Positions 5,947-11,525 of a DNA stretch of 11,525 bases are shown here, piece after piece. The notes under the pieces were generated by a model. That model was given only the letters and a program-made list of their open reading frames with translations, did not search any database and was not told where the DNA came from. Every line of letters begins with the position of its first letter. Positions within the stretch are counted from its first letter, which is position 1. This DNA comes from Candidatus Nanohalobium sp. (GTDB lineage: Archaea > Nanohalarchaeota > Nanosalinia > Nanosalinales > Nanosalinaceae): NCBI GenBank assembly GCA_042217545.1, contig JBDGSM010000073.1, forward strand, positions 1 to 11,525, read 5' to 3'. The position numbers and the translations under genes were made by a program.

Positions 5947-7302
5947 TTATGGGCGGAAGTTTGTCTCTACTTTGTCTGATTTCTTGATGACTTCGTCTTT
6001 TTCCTTCAGTACTGCCTCCTGGAGTTCTGCTCCGCCTTCTACTTCGACTTTAGGCCTTATTACGTACTGGAGGATTCTCTGGTCGCCCGGTTCAAGGTCT
6101 TCAAGGCCCCAGACCAGTTTTGTACCGTCATTTGTTCTTCTGACTGTTGGTGCGCCCATTTCAAAGTCTTTGTCTACTTCTGCTATGTCCGGTATGAAGT
6201 CTTCTACCGTGGCATGTGTGAGTGTTCTGTCGGAGATATTTTCAATTTCTATGGATACTTTGAGACCTTCTGGATCGTCTTCTACTGTTTTCCTTATTTC
6301 TACCGTGTTGCTGAGTTTTTTGAGGGCTGCGAGCGCCACTATTATTCCTATGAGTGCTATTCCTGGCATCCAGTAGTTTGTGGTCCTGGTTAGGGTAAAT
6401 TCTTCTCCAGGTTCCAGGCTTGTCTTCCAGTAGTATACCTGCTGCGGCCCGTTCTTGTCTGCTGAGTCCGGTGACTTGCTGAATCCTGTTATCGGCGCCA
6501 GGTAGCTGGCAACCGTCCTGTTGACAGTGTAGTTTTCCTTGGCGTTTCCCTCGTTCCGGACGCTGATGGAGCCTCTGTACGTTAGAATGTTGTCTTGAGT
6601 ATTTTCCTTTACGTTGATGTCGGTTACCTTGCCCACTGAGAAGTTCCTTGTTTCTCTGCGGACTTCACTTCCTCCAAGCTGGAGAGAGGCATTCAGACCG
6701 TATATTCCCGGCTTCTCCCCCTTCTTGACAGGCAGTGTGAACTCCAGTTCTCTTGTTCCTCCCGGAAGGATGGGAGAACTCTTCTCCGTGGTGCTGAAGT
6801 TCTTGTAGCTGAAAACTGCCCTGTAGTTCTTCAGTACGTTAGATGATATGCTTCTGATCTTCATAGATCCTTTCAAACTGTCGCCGGGCATGTAGCTGGT
6901 GTTCTCCAGTGAGAAGTCTTCAAGTATGAGTTTTCTTGACCTTTTCACGTGGAACGAACTTTTTAATTTCTTCGATTCGTTTATTCCGGAGGCCTTGACA
7001 TATATACTGAATGAGTACGTGTTATCTACAGCGTATTTTCCTGGAGTAACTGTTATATCGAAGTTGTGGACTTCTCCCGGTTTCAGCGTCTTTGATTCTT
7101 CAGTGTAGATCCAGGAAGGCTTTGGGGAGAAAACTCCTATGCTGTATCCGACTTCCTGGTTGTAGGTATTGTTTACCTTTACCTGTATCAGTGCAGGACT
7201 GTCCGGAGAGGCTGTGGGATCAGGTCTGTGAACGGTGGCCTGGAATGCGGAGACCGAACCGATCAGGAGAAGAAATACTATCAGGCCTGAAAGCTTCTTC
7301 AT
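5947..7302 (-). CDS. Membrane-anchored surface protein with Ig-like beta domains (CARDB/COG1361/DUF11-like), 451 aa
   Basis: Signal peptide MKKLSGLIVFLLLIGSVSA, repeated L.PGE / V.V.N Ig-fold signatures, about 8 N-glycosylation sequons, TM WMPGIALIGIIVALAAL, and a C-terminal DUF11-like domain (V.D.IP...LVWGLEDLEPGDQRILQY). TTAAATA box at 7326-7332. Confidence 0.8.
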   Translation of the reverse strand: MKKLSGLIVFLLLIGSVSAFQATVHRPDPTASPDSPALIQVKVNNTYNQEVGYSIGVFSPKPSWIYTEESKTLKPGEVHNFDITVTPGKYAVDNTYSFSIYVKASGINESKKLKSSFHVKRSRKLILEDFSLENTSYMPGDSLKGSMKIRSISSNVLKNYRAVFSYKNFSTTEKSSPILPGGTRELEFTLPVKKGEKPGIYGLNASLQLGGSEVRRETRNFSVGKVTDINVKENTQDNILTYRGSISVRNEGNAKENYTVNRTVASYLAPITGFSKSPDSADKNGPQQVYYWKTSLEPGEEFTLTRTTNYWMPGIALIGIIVALAALKKLSNTVEIRKTVEDDPEGLKVSIEIENISDRTLTHATVEDFIPDIAEVDKDFEMGAPTVRRTNDGTKLVWGLEDLEPGDQRILQYVIRPKVEVEGGAELQEAVLKEKDEVIKKSDKVETNFRP

Positions 7303-7354
7303 ATAGTAGTTTTAGGCCTCAAGATTATTTAAGATTGGAGTTCAGCTGGAGCGG

Positions 7355-8218
7355 CTAGATTCCGGCGGCCAGTCTGAGCAGGACCCTGAGGCCTGTTGCT
7401 ATGCCGATTGAATATAGTACGATGAGTGCTATGGCCTTGAATGTTTCTTCTTCCAGGTCTTCTTCGATTATGTAGATTGCGAGGCCCGCTATACCTGCTT
7501 TCAGGACCAATATACCTGGCTGTCCGAAGATTGATGTGAAGGCCTGTGTTAGTAGTTGTTTCTGATGGTAGCCGTATGATAGGCTGACCATGCTTGCTGC
7601 TGCTCCGAAGAACTGGCTGAATGCGACGAGAACGTATTCTTTGCTGCCGTATCCTGTTTTCCGGGTTGCTGAGTAGTAGATTACTGTGAGGACTGTGCTG
7701 ATCGCGATCGGAGGGATCAATGCGTAAGGCCTTTTTCCAGTTAGAACGAGGTAGAGGGAGAAGACGAGGAAAGGTGTTAGGGCGGCGTATCCTATGGCCT
7801 GGAGGATTTTATCCCTTGTGTATCCGTATCTGGGGGCGAGTCTGGAGGCTACTGCTAACGCCGTGAGGAATACTGCGGCGATGAGGAAGTAGATGAATGG
7901 TGTTATTATGAGAGGCCTTACAATGAAGGGTGCTACTGCTGCGTCCTCCAGGAATCTTAGAACTCCTCCGAGTGCTATGAAAGGTATTGCGCTGATAGCG
8001 GTAGTTGTTGTTATCTGTATATCTCTCTTTCCCAGTTCTCTGCGTACGATAAAGATCGCTGCCACCGCTATTATACCCCAGGTCGCCGTGTTGATTATGT
8101 TGTATCCTGTGTGGGCGGTTACTCCGTGCCATGCCGCTGTTTTTGCGTTCCTGGCGTCTGCTATCACAGGGCCTAGCAGGTATTTCCAGATGAACTCCAG
8201 CGGCGTCATTTCATTCAT
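7355..8218 (-). CDS. DUF63-family polytopic membrane protein
   Basis: GP.IADA...GYNIINTATWG and PF..LGG.LR.LEDA...ITPFIYF motifs typical of archaeal DUF63, with about 8 TM segments. AGGAGG upstream; the true start may be the in-frame ATG at 8209. Confidence 0.8.
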   Translation of the reverse strand: MNEMTPLEFIWKYLLGPVIADARNAKTAAWHGVTAHTGYNIINTATWGIIAVAAIFIVRRELGKRDIQITTTTAISAIPFIALGGVLRFLEDAAVAPFIVRPLIITPFIYFLIAAVFLTALAVASRLAPRYGYTRDKILQAIGYAALTPFLVFSLYLVLTGKRPYALIPPIAISTVLTVIYYSATRKTGYGSKEYVLVAFSQFFGAAASMVSLSYGYHQKQLLTQAFTSIFGQPGILVLKAGIAGLAIYIIEEDLEEETFKAIALIVLYSIGIATGLRVLLRLAAGI

Positions 8219-8326
8219 TCCTCCTGTCTTTGCTTTCAGTTTTCAGGACCTAATAACTTGGGGGGATCTGTCTGTTAGATGTTTCTATCAATTAAACTTT
8301 TCTAATATGTAGACGTTTGCTTCTGT

Positions 8327-8695
8327 ATGACTGATACCGCCGAGGTGGTTGAGGCAGCAGTTAGAGAAGAGAGAGGTCAGAGTTTCACAGATCTGAAGGA
8401 GAAGACAGGCCTCTGTAACGGCGTTCTCCAGTACCATATCAGGAAGAACGATGAGCTATTAAGCAGGAACGGGGCCATCCATTACAGGGGGTGCTGTGAG
8501 ACCTGTCCGTTCAGGGAGGACTGTGAGGACCGCTGTATCCAGAAGGAGCTGCGGAAGACAAGGACCCGGGAGATCCTGAAGATGATGAGGGATGGAATGA
8601 TTCAGGCCGATATTGCGCGTGAACTGGACCTGAGCCGGGCTACAGTCAACTATCATGTCGACAAGTTGAGGGAAATGAACTTGATCGAGAGTTAG
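8327..8695 (+). CDS. Double winged-HTH transcriptional regulator (ArsR-like/COG3398-like) with a central cysteine cluster
   Basis: HTH1 SFTDLKEKTGLCNGVLQYHIRK, linker CCETCPFREDCEDRC, HTH2 IQADIARELDLSRATVNYHVDKLREMNLI. Confidence 0.8.
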   Translation: MTDTAEVVEAAVREERGQSFTDLKEKTGLCNGVLQYHIRKNDELLSRNGAIHYRGCCETCPFREDCEDRCIQKELRKTRTREILKMMRDGMIQADIARELDLSRATVNYHVDKLREMNLIES

Positions 8696-8717
8696 AGAGT
8701 TCTACGGGGAAACAGTT

Positions 8718-8724
8718 TTTATTA
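8718..8724 (+). promoter_or_regulatory. TATA box of the dehydrogenase gene (leaderless)
   Basis: TTTATTA preceded by purine-rich GGGGAAAC (BRE-like), 22-28 nt before ATG 8746. Confidence 0.55.
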
Positions 8725-8745
8725 GAGAGTGCGCCATAACGTTTT

Positions 8746-9732
8746 ATGGACGTTGCTTGGTTCGATGCTGAGGAATGGGAGAGGAAGTACCTTGCAGAGG
8801 TAGAGCCGGGCTTTGAAATAGATTTCTATGAGGAACCGCTGAACGAGGATAACATGGATAAGGCCTCGGACTATGATGTCGTAACGGTCTTCGTCGACTC
8901 GGATATTTCCGAGAAAGTTATAGACTGCTTTGATGGACGGATGATCGCCTGTAGGTCTACAGGATACGATCACGTTGCTACAGAGTATGCATCAAGTCAG
9001 GGAATCGCTGTCTGCAACGTCCCTGAGTACGGAGACAGTACTGTTGCGGAGCACACGTTCGGCTTGATCCTTGCGTTGAACAGAAAGATCTTCTCCGCGA
9101 TCAAGAAAGTGCAAGAAGGAAATTTCAATCATGAAGGCCTTAGAGGCCATGATCTGAAGGGAAAGAAGCTTGGAGTTATCGGGACCGGTTCTATCGGTAA
9201 GAGAGTGATCGATATTGCGAACAGTTTTGACATGGATGTTATCGCCTCTGATCCCTACCCGGATATGGAGGCCGCAAACAGCAAGGGCTTCATGTATGTC
9301 TCACGCAAGGATCTTCTCAGACAGGCGGATATAGTCACACTTCACTGCCCTCTAACTGATGAGACCGATCACCTGCTTTCAGAGGAAGAATTCGAACTTA
9401 TGGACAGTACTGTATTGATCAATACTGCCAGAGGGAAGCTTATCGATACAGATGCTCTGATAGAAGGCCTTGAAAACGGGAGCGTGCGGCATGCAGGCCT
9501 TGACGTTCTCGAGGAGGAGGCCTATATCGAGGATGATATTGAACAGCTTTCAAAACTTGAGGACAGGAGAGATATAGAGACGGTCCTGGAGGATCACGTC
9601 CTTATGGATCGGGATGACGTGCTGATCACGCCGCACAACGGTTTTAACAGCGTGGAGGCGATGCAGAGGATCGAGGATATGACTGTTGAGAACATTGAGA
9701 AGGGAAGAAATATTGTGAACAGGCCTGGTTAG
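8746..9732 (+). CDS. ldhA: D-isomer 2-hydroxyacid dehydrogenase, D-lactate dehydrogenase-like
   Basis: RSTGYDHV, NVPEYG..TVAEH, Rossmann GTGSIG, LHCPL, INTARG (Arg), LDVLEEE (Glu), TPHNGF (His). The family is secure; lactate as substrate is inferred. Confidence 0.85.
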   Translation: MDVAWFDAEEWERKYLAEVEPGFEIDFYEEPLNEDNMDKASDYDVVTVFVDSDISEKVIDCFDGRMIACRSTGYDHVATEYASSQGIAVCNVPEYGDSTVAEHTFGLILALNRKIFSAIKKVQEGNFNHEGLRGHDLKGKKLGVIGTGSIGKRVIDIANSFDMDVIASDPYPDMEAANSKGFMYVSRKDLLRQADIVTLHCPLTDETDHLLSEEEFELMDSTVLINTARGKLIDTDALIEGLENGSVRHAGLDVLEEEAYIEDDIEQLSKLEDRRDIETVLEDHVLMDRDDVLITPHNGFNSVEAMQRIEDMTVENIEKGRNIVNRPG

Positions 9733-9780
9733 AGGCCTGGAAGGATAGAAAAATTATGTTTTGAAGGCTTTGAAGGGCCT

Positions 9781-10770
9781 TTATTTCATGTCGATGTCGA
9801 GTTTGTCGGCGATGTCGCTGTAGTTCTTTCTGACCGTGACTTCTGTGACTCCGACTTTTTCCGCGATCTCTTTCTGCGTCAGCTCCTTGTTTTCCACGCT
9901 GGATACGATGTAGAAAACTCCTGCGACTACGGATTTCGGACTTTTTCCTGCGAGCAGGCCTTCTCCTCTTGCTTCATCGATGATTCTTTTGGCGTGGGCC
10001 TGTTCTTCACCTGTGAAGCCGAGCTGTTCTCCGAATCTTGGTACGAAGTCTTCAGGCTTTGCTGGCTGGATTGGAATGTCCAGTTCTCTGGCCGCGTACC
10101 TGTAAGTTTTTCCAAGTTTTCTTTTCTTGGTGGAGATTGCTTCTGCGAACTCGTCGAGAGTTCTCGGTGTTCCCTGGTTTCTTGCTACAAGGAATGTCAG
10201 TGCTGCTACAAGTACTTCGAGGTTTCTGCCTTTTACGATGCCTTCTTCTCTTGATTTTTCCAGTAGTCTTGCTGCTTCTTCGCTTACGCTGTCAGGCAGG
10301 TCGAGCTGTGAGACCAGTTTCTTCATCTCCGATAGACCTCTCTGCAGAAGTCTTTCCTTTGAGTTGCTGGTCCTGTTGTCCCATTTCTTCATCCTGTAGT
10401 ACTGCTGTCTCTTGTGTCCTTTGACGTTGTTGAGTTCTCCACTGCTTCCGATCTTGGTCTTCATTCCCTTGTCCGACTTTGTGAACGTTATGCTGCTTCC
10501 GGACCTGGACTTCTTGTCCTTCTCCGCTGCGTCGAAAGCTCTCCATTCCTCGGAGAAGTCGATCCTGTCCTCATCGATGATGGACCCACAGTCAGAGCAG
10601 TAAAGCTCTCCTTTTGCTGAGTCCTCGGAGAATCCTTCGCTCCCACAGTTAGGACAGCGCGGCTCGTCGGACTGCGCCTGCTTCTGTTCTCTTTTCACTG
10701 GAATAGTTTCTTCGCTGGAGTTTGAAATATCTACTTCGGAGTTCGAAGAATCCTCTTTTACGTTGGGCAT
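9781..10770 (-). CDS. tfb: Transcription initiation factor IIB (TFB)
   Basis: Zn ribbon CPNC...CSDCG, B-reader EWRAF, two cyclin repeats (PRTLDE; TQKEIAEKVGVTEVTVR). Start set at ATG 10770 because the annotated 10821 extension contains the TATA box. Confidence 0.95.
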   Translation of the reverse strand: MPNVKEDSSNSEVDISNSSEETIPVKREQKQAQSDEPRCPNCGSEGFSEDSAKGELYCSDCGSIIDEDRIDFSEEWRAFDAAEKDKKSRSGSSITFTKSDKGMKTKIGSSGELNNVKGHKRQQYYRMKKWDNRTSNSKERLLQRGLSEMKKLVSQLDLPDSVSEEAARLLEKSREEGIVKGRNLEVLVAALTFLVARNQGTPRTLDEFAEAISTKKRKLGKTYRYAARELDIPIQPAKPEDFVPRFGEQLGFTGEEQAHAKRIIDEARGEGLLAGKSPKSVVAGVFYIVSSVENKELTQKEIAEKVGVTEVTVRKNYSDIADKLDIDMK

Positions 10771-10794
10771 AAATACCACAAAAGACCAAAAATC

Positions 10795-10807
10795 TTTAAA
10801 TAATTTT
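10795..10807 (-). promoter_or_regulatory. BRE/TATA promoter of tfb
   Basis: AAAATTATTTAAA on the minus strand, with TTTAAA about 25-30 nt upstream of ATG 10770. Confidence 0.6.
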
Positions 10808-10883
10808 TGTATACACGTCAATAAAATTCCTGGAGTTCCTGATAGAAGAAATTAAACAGGTACTTCTTCTATATACCTTTCTC

Positions 10884-11030
10884 TTACTCCTCTTCCTTCA
10901 GCTCAAGCTTGTAACCAAAGGGATCTTCTACATAGATCGCTGGTGCCCTGCCCTGGCTTCCCAGTGGCTCACCAGTCCTAAGGACATTGAAACCTTTCTC
11001 CTCCGCCTCCTGCTTCAACGCGTCTACATC
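10884..11030 (-). pseudogene. C-terminal fragment of a VOC/glyoxalase-family gene
   Basis: DVDALKQEAEEKGF...GSQGRAPAIYVEDPFGYKLELK is the second beta-alpha-beta-beta-beta VOC module. The upstream in-frame sequence (TTG start, MWRAFSELL...) lacks the N-terminal H....V.D...S..FY module. Confidence 0.7.
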
Positions 11031-11146
11031 GAAGAAGTCAGAGAAAACCTGGAATAGAGAGTCGAGAACCGGATTAACGAACCAACCGTCAGAAGAAGCA
11101 GTTAACAATTCTGAAAAGGCCCTCCACAAAATGCCTCCTGATGTTA

Positions 11147-11270
11147 AAAACTTTCAGAAGTTTTGGCAGGTCGCGGATTCGAAACTCGGTAGAGTTTCTG
11201 CATCTCGCAGATTTTTCTAAAAAATCTGCTTCAAACAGCTTTTCAGCTGTGTCCAGAAAATCCTACGGAT
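11147..11270. repeat. Cluster of short inverted repeats
   Basis: AAAACTT-TCAG-AAGTTTT (11147-11164), GAAACTC-GGTA-GAGTTTC (11181-11198), GCAGATTTTT-CTA-AAAAATCTGC (11207-11229), ACAGCT-TTTC-AGCTGT (11235-11250), ATCC-TAC-GGAT (11260-11270). Confidence 0.75.
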
Positions 11271-11398
11271 CTTCGATGGATTTGAACCGGAATCAAGGCA
11301 AATGCAATTGGAAGTTTCCGGAATTGATTTAGAATAGTTTCATCAACCGTTAGATTTATTACTTTAGTGCTACTATAGAATTCATAGGTGAAACAATT

Positions 11399-11525
11399 AT
11401 GGCTTCGGTTTCAGTTAAACTACCTGACTCTCTAAAAAAGCAGATAGAGGAAAGAACGGAGGAGGAAGGTTACATGAACACTTCCGAGTATATCCGACAG
11501 GCTGTAAGAGAAAAGGTCAAGGAAG
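11399..11525 (+). CDS. Ribbon-helix-helix (CopG/ParD-like) protein, possible antitoxin (runs off the right edge)
   Basis: Not in the ORF track. MASVSVKLPDSLKKQIEERTEEEGYMNTSEYIRQAVREKVKE has the RHH pattern (V.V.LP...GY.N.SEYIR.AVR). SD AGGTGA at 11386-11391 and TTTATTA at about 11355-11361. Confidence 0.85.
   Translation, partial: MASVSVKLPDSLKKQIEERTEEEGYMNTSEYIRQAVREKVKE

Noticed and set aside
1911..10620. Remaining short ORFs antisense to or nested in called genes (e.g. 1911-2171, 2296-2598, 4132-4554, 5882-6376, 7893-8312, 10038-10424)
   Set aside because: Ser/Phe/Leu-rich shadow frames of well-supported opposite-strand genes, with no motifs.
10771..10821. N-terminal extension of TFB given by the ORF track
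   Set aside because: It contains the TATA box and is AT-rich; ATG 10770 fits a leaderless start.
11164..11290. Intact tRNA gene near 11165-11290
   Set aside because: Only T-loop-like words are present; the T stems are mismatched and there is no cloverleaf. An 11-nt match to the tRNA could be chance.
9962..11525. AGGCCT-free zone as evidence of foreign DNA
   Set aside because: A gap of about 1.5 kb is only modestly longer than other gaps (about 0.9 kb at 6058-6989) and includes most of the core tfb gene, so it is not significant on its own.

Overview
Ordinary-looking chromosomal window of a small-genome halophilic archaeon, most consistent with Nanohaloarchaeota (DPANN). That assignment is an inference from acidic cytoplasmic proteins, moderate GC, TATA-box leaderless genes, TFB, an archaeal-type tRNA-Tyr, a stand-alone 5S rRNA and a fermentative D-LDH-like enzyme. 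Gene order: riboflavin synthase (partial, missing from the ORF track), two membrane proteins, 5S rRNA, an RsmB/NOP2 m5C methyltransferase with a separate RsmF-C-like partner, a Bud32-like kinase, a cysteine-free family-4 UDG, two small orphans, tRNA-Tyr(GTA), an Ig-like surface protein, DUF63, a Cys-rich double-HTH regulator, a D-2-hydroxyacid dehydrogenase, TFB, a truncated VOC gene and the start of an RHH protein. The most unusual signals are non-coding: (1) the palindrome AGGCCT occurs about 40 times against about 2-3 expected, in all codon phases and in intergenic DNA, like cyanobacterial HIP1; (2) tRNA-Tyr is bracketed by copies of its own 5' and 3' ends, each joined to a GAAGC...GCTTC hairpin; (3) a candidate TAGA-N4-TCTA operator links the Cys-rich regulator to the dehydrogenase; (4) a dense cluster of short palindromes lies upstream of the RHH gene. 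All counts are manual and no database searches were run.
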